Shown piece by piece: positions 23,310 to 36,825 of a DNA stretch of 64,000 bases (positions are counted from its first letter, which is position 1; each line of letters starts with the position of its first letter). Source of the stretch: Podarcis melisellensis. Lineage: Eukaryota. The position numbers and the translations under genes are program-made. The DNA lies in the NCBI GenBank assembly GCA_964234715.1, contig OZ174286.1; one strand, written 5' to 3'. Below the pieces are notes generated by a model. The model saw only the letters and a program-made list of their open reading frames with translations. It was not told the DNA's origin and did not search any database.

Positions 23310-26300
23310 AGTACAAGTATCCTAGACTTGTTGGAACAGTGTCAGCAAAGCTAAAGCTCAGAAAGAATTGACGGTGGCAAGAAAAAGTGCCTTTTGGGGC
23401 ATGTTCAGAATAAGAGAAGAGGTAGGAAATGGGGTATGTAGCTCAATAGGAATTGTGAAATGTTAATGGGTGACAGCAAGAAGGTGGAATTGCTGAATTC
23501 CTATTTTTGCCTCTGTCTTTTCCCAAGGTGGAATTGTGTGCTAACCTGCATAATAGCATTACTGTTGAAGTGTCAGGATTGTGGTTCAAGTTTAATAAGG
23601 AGTTGTCAAAAAATATCTAGCTATTTTAAATGAGTTTAAGATTTCAAGGCCAGATGACTTGCATCTAGGGTACTAAAGAACTTGTTGATGTACTGTCAGA
23701 ACCTCTGACTATCATCTTTAAGCAATCTAGAAAACAGGTAAAGTGCCACAGGACTGCAAACAAAAATGAGGAAAGGAGAATCTGGCAACTATGGGCAGCT
23801 CATTCTGACCAATTCCTGGGAAGATACTTGAACAGATTATAAAGAAGTCAGTTTGCGAGCACCTTGAGAACAATGAAGTGTTTAGTAGAAGTCAGCAGGA
23901 ATTTGTAAATAATAATTCCAAAGTAATTTAAACTTTGTTTTGATCAGTTTAGTAGATGGTGGGAATGCTGTAGATGTAAATTATCTTGATTTCAGCAAAA
24001 TTCCCAGGGCTATTTTGGTTAGCATAAACATTTAACAGTTGTGTAGAAGAAAGGTTTTAGGCAGGTGCAGCTTGTCATGCAGGAATATATTGCACCAGTT
24101 AAAATCTGCATCCACAACACTACTCAATTTCCTAAAACGTTCTTAAAGCAGAAAATGTCATCCTTTCACTTCCAACAGCCAGCTTGGTGCAAGAGTTTAA
24201 TGGAATAAGTACAATAATATGCTATCCCCCAGAATTATTAATGCCCTGTTGGAATTTAGGTCCAATGTGATCTGAAGCAATAAATAGCAATACAATTGCA
24301 CTATGGTTTGTCATGTTGAAATGCTCCCATTGCTTGGAAGAGTGTCCTCATTTAGTTGTTTTGAGAAGAATTAATCTGATTTTAACAGTAGTTTTGAAAT
24401 TGAGAATTCCCATGTTGCATATAAGGTTCATTTGTGCTTTTTGCTGCACAGGACCTAGGAACATACATTATGTTTTTTAATGTCTCTTTCATATCTGTTA
24501 TATATAAATGACTTCCACCACTGCTGATGAGTAAGGAGAATTGGTCGAACTTCCTGCTAGGAAAAAATATCTCAGCAAAAGTTACTTAAGCCAGCAATTT
24601 ATGCCTTGGCATTATCTCTTGCTACTTTTTTTGAATCCCATGTTGTGAACTGCTGTTATGATCACTTTAATTACAATTACTTTTTTGTTGACCTGCTTTT
24701 CACCCTTTGTGAGAATCTGTAAGATATGGTTTCTACTGTTTATCATTTTTTTATATTATATCTTCCTTGTTAATTATTGTCTATGGCCTAAATAAAACTT
24801 AACCCAATACATATATTAAAGTAGGCATATGAATATCCACTCACCAGGTGACCAGTCAAGATAGTTCAGATTTATGAATTTTATATATTTTCTTTTAGGT
24901 CACGACTACCAAATAAATGTGTTGGCTAGTAATTTCTGTGGATTTATTTGCATGACTATAAATATATAGAAGACTGCCATTCTTTTGCTCTGACCACTCT
25001 GCAAATTTACTGCTGTTTTGAAAAATGTTTATTTTTGTCAGTCTGAATCCAAATGGTTCTAAATACTCAGCTATTCTTCTCTGAGCTAATAATGTCCTGA
25101 TTTCTCACATTTCTAGTCTTGGAATATGAAATCCTGCTGTGTCAAATGCAAGCCCTGAGAGAATAACAGACTCCCCAGGTGCTGAATGACATTTACAGTG
25201 TGACGTATGCAGCTGGCATTCTGCAGCTTTTCCTTCTCACTTCTGTTACTCAAACTGCTCGTCATTCTTCTCTCTAAAGTGCAGCAATTTCATTGTCGGT
25301 GATCTTCAGGGTGTGTGTGTGAGAGAGAGTGGAAGAGAGGGAGACTGAGAGGGAATACACTCCATGGGGGAGGATATTACTTTCCTAAATATGTGCATTT
25401 AGATTGTCCAAGGGAATTACTGACATTAGATGTATGCACTGTTTGTTTCCAGACTTTGCCAGTGTCATTCTGTGCAAAGCAAGAGTCATGTACAAATGCC
25501 AGCCATACCTAATGGGCATGCCATTTCAGGCTTCTCCTGCCAAGACACCCACTGCTCCAATGATAGAAAATGATATTAGTGTACTTCCTTCATATTTACC
25601 AAGAAAATGGAGCTTATTTAGTGGGAGTCACTACACTCTCACTCACATAACACTAACAAACTACTGTACATTAGTGTTAGTGCTTCTAACTCAGGCTTCT
25701 AACAATGTAGCAGCAGCTTCATTATTTCTGTTAATATTTTTTTTAGCTTGCACACTTCCATTTCCCCCCACTGTTCCATTCCCAAAAAGTCAAACATTGA
25801 GACGGATGACAAACTATGCTTCCCATGTAAACTCAAAGTTTGCCTTCACCCACGTATACAAAATCAACTCCCATTAGAAGCAGCTGGTGAACTGGGTGGC
25901 ATCTTATTAACCAGCTGCTTGTGCAACTCCTCTTCACCCATCAGCTCTGATGTTTTTATTTATCAAGTCAAGTTCATTAAATGCAACCTATTCCTTAATA
26001 CAAGCACCCAAGATATAGGTCTGAGTCAAACACATCTGAAGCAAAGCAGGAAAGAGTGAACCAACAGCCTCTCACAGATGACTAAATGTATAATATATTT
26101 CATGCTCCAGGAAACCTTTTTACTAGCTGAATCCCCTTCACTGTCCAATGATGTCTCTGCCTTTTTCATTAACATGATTGTTGCCAGAGTCTGCTGGGTA
26201 TCATCTCAGCATAACTTCTTATACCCCTCTGACACACCCTTCACTCCATGTGACTTGAATTTATTAGCGCATCACCAATAGTGCTTTGTGACAAAACCAT

Positions 26301-27648
26301 GGTGGACAGGATGCAGACCCTCAGCACTTTTGTAGTATGGTGATGGATAACTCTCTGGCTTCCCTTTCCAGTGTATGTACCCCACTATGAAGACAGAGGC
26401 ATTAACAGGGAGTGATTTTATCCTGAGACCTGCCGGTATAGGGTGGTATACAGCAATGATGATGATGATGTTCTATCATGTTATTATTATTTTAGTTTGT
26501 AAACCACTTTGGGATTCATTTGAATGAAAAGCAGCATAGAAATATAATAAAGCATCAAATAAAACCAAACCCTATTTTGTGGGTAGTCAGAGGACCAAAT
26601 CCACATAGTGTCCCGGTCCTAAAAAATCCTGTTGGCACTCTTGCTCATATGGCATTGCGTTCCACCAGCTTTTGCTTAACATAAAAATTTTCATCAGGTT
26701 GGATGCACAAGGGGAAAAACATTATTTAACATCCATGTTGAGAAGAACTCTACGTAACTCAACAGCCTTACATGCATAATTTTGAACACTACTTTGAATT
26801 AGTAAAATATACAGGGAGAAATGAAGGAAATGAGACACTGTAAACTTGAACTATGTTGAACTGAGAGAGGAATAAGGCTACACTAATTCTCAATCCCCTT
26901 TTCAATTTAAATTTATATCAGATAGATCAAGGGGAATTTAATAATCATGAATGAAATAAGCTCACACAACTTTGCACGTAATCTCAGTGGCAAAGCTGGT
27001 AAGAGATTCCAGCTCTCCTGATAATATTCAGTACTGTGCCATAGGCACTTGAGGCCACCCATATCCTTCTGCTAACTAATGTTTCTCATAGGACAGCAGT
27101 CTAGAAGATGAGGTAAACTATTACATTTAGAAAGCACAATCTATCATTGTCTCCTTGCAAGACTTTTTGAAAGGAACAGGAGCTGTGAAGAAAGCAGGGG
27201 CATTTTCATTCATTTCCAATGGAACTTGCGTGGGAAAACTTTAGGGTCTGGGTAAAAGATCCACTTGTTCCCTGTAATTTTCTGCTACAATCAATGGCAA
27301 ATAGCGCTACTCAGTGCAATTTCTACATTATAGTGGTTCTTGCTCACCCTCGCCCTTGGGAACTCCAGAGTGTGATTGGCTTTTCAAGCAGCACCCACTT
27401 ATTGATCTCTTGTCTTAAACAATTTCAACAGGTGTGTCTGCTCCTTGGCAAAACATTTCCGCAGATGAATGCCCCAAGCTGTTCAGGCAGATATTCTTTA
27501 ATATTATAGACTTCCATAAAGCATGCTTGGTATAATAACATTTGTGTTTACAGAATGTTTGACATTGCATGCTCCACAAACACTGAAGGCCAATTAAGAA
27601 GTAACCCTTTCCAGTGTCTACCTTGTGGGGATTTTGGAAGGGTGCAGG

Positions 27649-27814
27649 CAATGGCGTAGCGTGGGTTGTCAGCACCCGGGACAAGGCAAGTAATTTGCGC
27701 CCCCTAACCTGTGGATTTTAGTAGGGGCAGAGAGCTGCGAGTGCGAGCGCGCCCCCCCCAGATGTTGCGGCCGGTGCGGCCGGCCCCCCCTGCACCCCCT
27801 ACGCTACGCCACTG
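27649..27814 (-). mobile_element. hAT-type MITE, same family as 22741-22887, opposite orientation
   Basis: Same TIRs and subterminal sequence; perfect 8-bp TSD GGTGCAGG (27641-27648 and 27815-27822). Confidence 0.92.
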
Positions 27815-28011
27815 GGTGCAGGATGGGCAGAGAATAATTTTGCTTCTTCCAATGTGCATGTATATCTTGAAATGCTGCATGGGAGCACTTCATAAACTGT
27901 TTCGCTTACTTCCCAGTCTCCTGGAATTAACTCAACAGGTCTTGCATCCCTAAATATTAAATTTGCACTCTTAGTTGGGCATAACATTTATTTGATAATA
28001 AGGATAACAAC

Positions 28012-28015
<4 letters not shown>

Positions 28016-28071
<56 letters not shown>
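28016..28071. repeat. (TA)n microsatellite, about 28 units
   Basis: Seen directly. Confidence 0.97.
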
Positions 28072-28074
<3 letters not shown>

Positions 28075-31000
28075 ACTGCAGAATTGGGTGTAAGATATCT
28101 TCAGCTATTGGTACAAAGAAATAAATTAATATTCCTTTTTTGGAGACACGAAGATGCAGATGCTCCCCCTGAAAGTCATTCAAAGAAATAGGGGTCAATA
28201 AATTCTCCACTACAGTCTGCAAATGATATCATATCATTTCCTTGCAATTCAGGTGGAAGAAGTTATAGTTATGGCAGGAGAGCATACTTGCTGACTGCTA
28301 ATGGCCATTGCTGCAACTAGGTAATATTATACCCTGGATTTAACAGATTTCCCAGTCCCTTCTTTAGACTGCCTTGCATATTATGTCAATTGTGAATTAA
28401 TTAATTAATTATTAATTAACTCTCCCAAAATCTCATGCTTTACAGCTGCTATTAGAGCAGGAAATAAATTCAAAACAAAACATTTCCCAGATTAAAAAAA
28501 AAAGATGAAGGCACAATCTGAGGTTGTGCATTTTAAACTCACTTAAATCACAGTACCATCATGGTTACAGAAATAAAATGGAATCTGCTTCTGCTGTCCT
28601 GATTCTAAGTATATTTATTTGGGAATGAGCACAGTTTTGTTGCGGAAAATTATAGTGTGTTTTTAAAGTAAAAATCATTCTGAAATGGATTGCAATTACC
28701 TGCACCAAGACCTGCCTCAGAGGCCAGGAAAACCGGGAATACTAAAAATAGCTTGCCACGAAGGCAATCATACTGAGTGAGCTGCCAAACTATTTCCACT
28801 TTCAGCAGCTTGGCTATTATTTGTTTTTTAAACGATAGCATGCTGTAGCCATCAGCAGTGGTCCCTGTGCAAGGTAGGCCCATGCTGGCTCAGGTGCTGA
28901 TGCTATCCTCTGCCACTTATTTGTGGTGGTCATTTGAGGCCCCCATGGGCTGAGAAGCCCTGGACTTTGACCTCGAGGTCCAGCCCTAGCTGCACCACTA
29001 ATCATGGATCATGTTCTTCATCAAATTCATTCTAGCATGATTCATAGTATAGTTGTGCCTACCAGAAGGGCTTCTAGCACTTAAGGAGCAAGTACACCAA
29101 CTGCTACCTTGGTTGTGTTGTGGGATATGGTTACATAATGTGTCTTCCTGCAGAAGTTACCAGTGAGATTATGGCAATGCAACATTTCTAATAAATTACT
29201 TCTCCAACAACCCCTCTCCCAATACCTTATTATATGCAAAAGTTCGGAATGTTCTTATGCATCATTTTTCAATCCCTACCTTCTTCCACTGTGTGGATGT
29301 GCAATTTCCTTTTATAAGTTGGTGAAAAACCTATGAAAGCTTTTATATTGTACTTTTTTAAACAATTGAACTGGTTTCAGCTGTCTCTGGTTTTATGCAA
29401 TTTGATTGCTGTTGCAATCTCTTTTTTGTTGTTTTTGCTGTTGTTTTAACACTAGCTGATAAGTGAGATTTTAAAACGTTAATTTATAGTTATACCTTGG
29501 TTGTCATTCACCTTGTAGTCTTTTGTTGAAAGATTGGATATAAATATTTAATAATGTTAATAATAACACTAATAATAAATAAATAATGCAGACATGGGTA
29601 GGACTTATCTTAGTATTATCAATTCTGTTACAATTAAACTTTAGTATGCAAAATCCTTTCCAATTGTTCATTCTTCTCTAGTTTAATACAGTATTCCAGT
29701 TTAATGTTTCCATAGGAAGTCAAACCCTCCTCAGCCGAGCTGCTTTATTTTAAAATTCAGCATAAAATTTAGCACAAGCATCAACTTGTTTATGCAAGTG
29801 AATTGGGGAAGTTTTTACATAATGTAGGTCATGGATCTGGGCAAGTGGTAGAGTTCTTGCCACAGAGCTGCACTAACACAAGTTACTGTGACTACCACAC
29901 TGGATTCAGATTACTGTATGAGGAATTTTATGTAACAGGGTTTGGAGTCTTTTGTTTTATTTCAAAATGTGTGTTGGACAGCAGTGATTGAACTCATAGG
30001 TCACAATATATTCCTCTCTATTACTACTGTACAGCCTCCTGTGTCGATTTTACAAGTTTAAGAATGACTTCTGAGTTAATATTTTGTGACATTTGCTTAA
30101 AATTTAATCTTTCAGCAAACATTCCTGCCAGGAAACTCATTTATCAGACAGTCTCTTGGGGAACATGCATTAAAAGGGCATGGATAGAGCTAACACAAAT
30201 TCCAATTTCAAATCTGAGTGAATATTGAAATATTCACCTGGTTTCAAGCAGGGTTGGTCCAAGATAATTTTGCAACTCAAAACAGCTGCGGTGCACAATC
30301 TGAGCTCCATGATTTTAAAGAACTTCCATTCATTTCAACAAAGTGTGTGCAGGAGAACAGTCTGGTAAATTGTGTTCTGTATTTGTCAGTATTAGGATGG
30401 GGAGTCACTTGGATCTTCTGTCCGAGGCACCAAAATATATTGGCTGGCGTTTGCTACCTTACTCATGAAACATTTCATAGCACCCCTTCATGTGACCCCC
30501 CTTTTTTCAAACTGCACGTTGTGTGACCACTATCTGACAACCCACAAAAGCTCCATTATTAAAGTGCACTGTCCCAATAACATCCATGTGAAATACAGAT
30601 TATGTTGGGGACATCCATTGCTGTAAATAATGTACAAAATATGCGTGATAAGTCAGCTAATAAAACTTCCAAACACTTTTATTTATAGTGGATGGAAAAA
30701 AGCAGTAGATGCTGTATATATAATGCTACCCAAAGTTCTCAAACATTATAAAAAGTAGACACAAACATATTTAATAAGAAAGAAAATAGGAAATCTTCAT
30801 GAGGTGGAGTTGTGGAGAAGAGAAGAGGTGGTCGTTGTTATGTACTGGATATGTTCACCCACAACTTAACAGTCGTATTATTGCTCTTTTTTCTGCTTTA
30901 CTTATGGAATTGACCCATAAGGAGTGTTGGGGGTGTCTTCTCTTCCTCTTCTTTTACTTTAAAAGCACATTCTGTGTTTTCTAAAGCCAAAATCCCTTCC

Positions 31001-32534
31001 TGAGGAGAAGATTGATTTAATTTGATCAGGGGTGTGAATGGGTGGGTGAAGCTGAGTAGATTTTTGCAGGCCACTATGAGTCCTGTGTTAAGCAAAAGAG
31101 GGGCGGTTCAGCAGGTCTCAGGCTGTTTGATCTGCCTTGATCCCCCTTCACAGGGGAAATGAAGCGGCAGTAACTTTGCTTCAGCACAGTGGATATTTTT
31201 AAAAAATGTTTTAGGAAGATAATTTATTGGGCTTAATTGCTCTTTAATCCTCCTCATTGGCCTGTCATAGAAAATTTTTTTCTGAATGGAGAAGCCAGCT
31301 TGAAAAGGCTCAGGCAGGCCATGAGGGGAAGGCAAGGGACAAGTGAGGCTTCTTCCTACCTCCATTGATGCAATCATTTATTGGCACAGGGCCTGACCAG
31401 TTCAATGAGGCTCCTTGCCCAGCAGAGTAATTGGATGCTATTGGTGCCCTTTGTCTTTTGAGACTCTACTGACAGATTTACAGAGTAATCCTACACATAT
31501 TTATTCTGAAGCAGGTATGTGTTCCCTGGGCCTATGGGCCTGCTCCCAGGAAAGTTGACAGCTTTAGGCCAAAATCCTGAATGTAACTTATTGGAAAGTA
31601 TGGTCTGTTGGAATCAATCAGATGCTACTTCTGTTACAAAAAAATCAAGGCGGATTCTTTTTCTCCTCTTTTAAAACTCTGTGTTTGTTTCTCCAGAATT
31701 GAACAAAATAGGGGAATGCAACATGATTTAGGGGGAGAAGAAATCATTTGGGTCACAGCAGACCAAATTTCAATTTTTAGCTGTGGTTGTAATGTGGCCA
31801 TTTGCTGGACAAAAGCTCCAACCTCAGCCCATAGAGGAATAGTAGCATCATACCTGCAATGATATAAGAGCTACCCAGACACCCAAATTATTTGGATGTA
31901 TTCACAAAAATTATTTTCCCTAGGTAAATATTTACACATTCATATATAGTAGAACTCTTACCTTAGGCAAAAAAGGTTCCACTCTGGCAAAAGCATTAGA
32001 GAAGGTTGATATTTTTCCATTAGAGTGAGATAATCTACCTGATGGCTCATATCTGAAAACATGAGCTGCAGAGCTTTCACAACGGGGAGCTGAAACTTGA
32101 GAAGCCTGTGTGTGCTTGTTGGAGATGGCTAGAAGCAGCAGCAACAACAAAAGTTGCAAGGAAGTTCTGCACTGATGAACAAGCTTAGGATCTCCCTCTA
32201 GGACCAGAGAGAGGAAGGTTTACTGAACTGCATATAAAGGACTGAACCTCATTGCTTGTTTATAAAGTGTTGCTTAGTTATTTTGTAATGCTTATTTTAC
32301 TGTTTTGCGGCAAAGCTTTGAAACACATTCTTGTGGTGCAGAGAATTAATTTCTCCACAAGGTCCAGATCAGGAATTCTGCTGAATTCTAAGAAGTCCGG
32401 GGAGAGAAATCTGCTCCCCACACTGTGTAGGCCCTGTGCTTTGCACAAATGCTGCTTGGCATCTCATCAGTTGGGTGGTATTTCCTGCATTCAATGAGGT
32501 GTTACTGAGATCCTTCGAACCATCAGATTTTCTA

Positions 32535-32652
32535 AGTTTCAGGAGTTGTTAGATTGCAGCCCCCATCATTCCTCACTATTGACTGTGCTGGCTGAGACCA
32601 ATGGTGGTTGGAGTCCAACGACTGTTGGAGGGCTATAGGTTTCCCATCCCTG
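32535..32652. mobile_element. Partial hAT-Charlie-like MITE
   Basis: Ends ...ggagggctataggtttcccatccctg; similar to 62331-62467 and 61560-61640. Confidence 0.55.
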
Positions 32653-33359
32653 TTTTAATTCCTCTTGGGCAGCAAAAAATTCGGGACCCTTGATGATATT
32701 ATACTATGAACTAGCACCAATATGATATCTTCCAATTTTCACTCAGATCCTTTTAAAGTCAGAAGTCCTTTCAGTCTCATGTGAATAGCACAAGACCTAA
32801 AAGGCAGTTTGATGTGATCTGCACAGCTGTGGGGAGACTTAAGGTCAAACCAATGGAAGCTTGTTTTAAAAAGAATCACTGTCATGGTGATATTGCCAAA
32901 AGCTGTGGTATAGGGACATGTAAATATGTAGTCTGTTTTCATGTTAAAATCTGTTGGTTTCAGTAAACATAATTCTGGGGCTATCATTTAAGTAATTTGT
33001 TCTGCATTCCAAAATTAGGTGTTTTTTCATATTTCACTGCAAGTCTCAATCTTATAGTTCCTGTAACCCTCTCTTATTTTGATTTTGCACCAAGGAAGCC
33101 ATTTGGTAGGGAAATCATGCTTATTTTATCTTGCCTTAAACTACTGCTTTGAAAGTTCGTTTTCTGAAAGACTTGGCCTATGCACATGCCCATCTTCTAC
33201 ATGTGTTTGGGACTTAGGATTACACTATCTGGCCCTGCTCATGGCATCCCTGTTGTCCATGTACTGGACATCTGCACAAGGTCTTACACATTAAGGGACC
33301 ATCCATGTATAGACACAAACTGCATATATAGGCACAAACTATTCACTATAGGAAAGGGG

Positions 33360-33850
33360 CCCAATGATTTATGGGGTTTGGCACCATCTGCGAGGCAGGA
33401 GCCAAAGCAGGAGTTGGGGAGAGGAAGGGTCTAAACTAAGCAGTCAGAGATGGAGGTGGGTGCATATGACATGTCAGAGGAAGAGGAAATGGTGGTTCAG
33501 GCAGATGGGCCAGTCAGAACCTTGCCATCCCCTGCTCTGCTGTCTCCTAGAATCAGGAGGAACCTGAAGAGAGAAGAATGGCGACTTCTGTGTAGGAGAA
33601 GCCTCAGGTTGCATGTGCACATCCCATCAGATAAGGGTACATAAGGTGGTGGTGAGGAGCTTGGTCCCCCTGTTGCTGCAACTGCTCTGTGGGGCATGGA
33701 CCTGGGGAAAGCTGCCTAGAAAGCTGTGTATCCATTGCACTTTAGGAGCTGCTGTAAGTGTGCTTGGATGTGTGCCTTCCTTGGCTGGGGTGCTGGGATA
33801 TTAGGAAAATGAAATGCTTCTGAACAGTTGTTTGGAAACCAGTGTTTCTG
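33360..33850 (+). mobile_element. Possible degenerate Gypsy-type solo LTR
   Basis: G-rich segment resembling squamate LTR sequence; no clear TG..CA ends or TSD found. Confidence 0.3.
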
Positions 33851-33986
33851 AAGCACAGAACAGAATTCTCATCCACACTGGCCAGGCTATATGCTCTGGT
33901 TTCAATTTCTTTTATGCATGTGTTACAAAATGTAAGCTAGCCAGTGAACAGTCTTATGGAAACAAGGCATTTTATAGAGCCCTTCC

Positions 33987-34125
33987 CAGTGTTATTTTTC
34001 TTGAAAAAAAGGTGCAGGAACTTACTATGAACGCCTCCTATGTTCTCTTATAATGGCAATGGTGACCACCTGAAAGGTACCAGAACTGAGTTCCAGCAAG
34101 TTCTGGCTGGAAAAAAAAAGCCCTG
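33987..34125 (-). mobile_element. hAT-type MITE, same family as 23196-23309
   Basis: CAGTGTTATTTTT...AAAAAAAGCCCTG ends; shares internal ccagaactgagttccagcaa with the reverse complement of the 23196 copy. Confidence 0.75.
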
Positions 34126-36483
34126 GTGCTCCCATACTTCAATCCAATTATTTGTTATTTATTGATTACACACACACATGGCAGGCACCTCATTGTATTG
34201 TTTCCTGTGCCTCCTAAAACCTTTTTTGTTTAGGCTAGCCTAGTCAGATATGTAAAGCTGACATGTATTTTAATAGATAGTTTTCATTTTTGACTATTGA
34301 TTTTCTTTATATCTGGAATCATTTTTAGGCCAACTTATATTCAACTTCTGACTTTTATAGATAAATTTAATACATATTTTATGTTTTTTTGTAAACAACT
34401 TAGAGGCTTTAACAATTAGCCATTATACAAATATTATTAAATAGATCTTATGTCCAAACGATTTCAAAACAAAAGAGTCAAGCACATGCTCAAATCTTCA
34501 GTTAAAAACAATGGAGCCTAGCTTCACTTTGGTGGAATTATACTCATTGTGTATTTTTTGTTAGCTCCTGATGTTTTAATTTGTTTTTGTGTGTGTTTGC
34601 ACTTACACATGCACCAGTTCCACTAATTCTTTTTAGATTTACTTTCATAGCATTTTCTTTTTGTTATATATGACTGAATCTGTCACCTCATTTTATTTAT
34701 CCTTGTGAACAGACGTATTTAACAAACGGCCCACAGGTTTTCATGTTACACCTCCTATGCTGTTGAATTCCTGTAGCACATCTGGTCAGTTCAGTGCTCC
34801 CATCAAAACAGCAGAGGGAGCACAAGACATTTTCCAAAGGGTACTAAAAATACAGAACTGTGAATATTTTATTTGCAGCAGAGATCATTCACAAACAACC
34901 CTTAGGCTTGCTTCATAAATGAAAATAAGAATGACCTGCTTATGGCAGGAGCCATGTACGAAAAATACCAAGTCAGTCAGAAAACTGGTGCAGAAGCATG
35001 TACAGAGTGGATGTATAAATGGCATTAGCTGGAAGACTCAAACAGATTCTGGTAAAATGATCAGAGAACATTGTAGAAGCCAGTCTCCATCTGTCAAGTC
35101 AAAGGATTGTAATGGATCCAGAGCTCTGAAGGAGGAAGAGCAAAAAATGTTTACCCCCTCCCCTTTTTACTGGTTAGTGTAGGGGGAAAGAGCCTCAGTG
35201 AAAGCTAGAAAGTGCATGCCTCTCATTATAGATATGTTAAAACTATTGAAACTCAACATAAGCCACACATTTCAAGGATAGGTGATGGAATGCAACTGTG
35301 CAGCTTTCTGGGAAAAGTCTCCATGAAGGACTACTAGAGTTCAGCATACTGAAATCATGTACCAAATTCATTCCGTTAATGAATACTATTTCCCCCTCAA
35401 ACCAGCCCCTAAATGACTGTTTCTGCAGTAAGAAATGACAGCTGTTGTGTGGAGGTAAAGGATCTGTGGAGATGCAATGGCCAGATATCTTCCTCTCATT
35501 TGGGTAGATTGTGTGACATAGGAGTTAGGATATTTGCTGTTCCTAAGAGGTTAAACCATTCTTGCCATCATGAGAGGCACATTCCCTGAGCTGACATGTT
35601 AGTCAAAGCAAGACAGTGAATCATTAAGTTACATTCCAAGTAAGAGACAGACAGAGGTGCCTCTGTGAGGTTTACAATGCCTCAGGTGAGATGTATAACA
35701 GAACCATATTCATTTGAGGGGAAGCAAAACTTCTCAGAGCTTGAAAATTAGCAACAGCATACAACATATATTAAAAGTTCATAAAATACAATTCTATAAT
35801 GGCTAAATACTTCTGTAGGTTTTTATCACTCCAGTGTATCCCACGAAGTGGGATCTTAGTATCCCTGTTTGACAGTCCTTGAAGCAAAATTATAAAATAT
35901 AAGAGTGAAGGTATGTGCCCTAAGGGCCATTTCACATGCTATGGGGTGGTGAAAAGGGGCAGAGAAGCAGAGAAACAAGAAGCATTAATGGCCACTTAGT
36001 ATTTTCATATGTTTTTATTATAACACTCCAAAGAAAGGATCCTTGTATCTTGGTTATAGAAAAATCACTGAATGCTGAATAATCCCATAGTTTTTTTTTT
36101 AATTAGAGGAAGCTTCCATGTGTGATTTTTCTTATATAAAAATAATAATAATGTCTGCCCAGCTGTGTACTCATAGCTAAACATATTCAGTGACAGTTGT
36201 GAGCGATGATGCATACACTATTACCTAAAAAGAGACCATATTTGTTTAGGAAAATATATTACACCTGTGTGGTCCACCCCATAGGTAAAACACATGAGTA
36301 TTTACAAATGATGATGAATCCATCATCTATTTTCCCTAAAAGAGGCAGGTCGGTAGATAGATTTTCCTGCTCTGACATCTATTCCAGGCTGACTATTATG
36401 CCTGATCCTTGTTATTATGAGTTCAGGAGAAACCCTTTGTTGCTTAGTTTTCATGCAATTTTATTGACCTATCTAGATGGAAA

Positions 36484-36825
36484 TCGGATGTGGGTGGCGC
36501 TGTGGGTTAAACCACTGTGCTGCTTGGGCTTGTCGATCAAAAGGCTTGAATCTCCATGACGGAGTGAGCTCCCGTTGCTCAGTCCCTGCTCCTGCCAACC
36601 TAGCAGTTCGAAAGCACACAGTGCAAGTAGATAAATAGGTACTGCCTGGCGGGAAGGTAAACGGCGTTTCCGTGCGCTGCTCTGGTTCGCCGGAAGCGGC
36701 TTAGTCATGCTGGCCACATGACCCTGCAGCTGTATGCCGGCTCCCTCAGCCAGTAAAGCGAGATGAGCGCCGCAACCCCAGAGTCATCGATTGGACCTAA
36801 CGGTCAGGGGTCCCTGTACCTATTT
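36484..36825 (+). mobile_element. Sauria SINE (Squam1), full length
   Basis: tRNA-like head GGTGGCGCTGTGGGTTAA, typical body, ACCT-type tail; perfect 14-bp TSD TATCTAGATGGAAA (36470-36483 and 36826-36839). Confidence 0.93.

Larger units (their letters stand above)
21330..24025 (+). mobile_element. Degenerate CR1 LINE: ORF1 (zinc finger, esterase-like) and 5' half of ORF2; 3' half missing; carries three nested MITEs
   Basis: Remnant reading frames: VCAMLIFL..YTCRKCQL (~21400-21480), LPSFIKPTHHYIFLLICAGMND (~22170-22235), LYTNA*SMGNEQDEL..ITET*W (~22640-22740), NAVDVNYLDFSK (~23965-24000). Confidence 0.8.

Noticed and set aside
24300-24800. Possible second, older RTE-X-like 3' remnant
   Set aside because: Only a faint Cys/His pattern and an AATAAA; too degraded to support.
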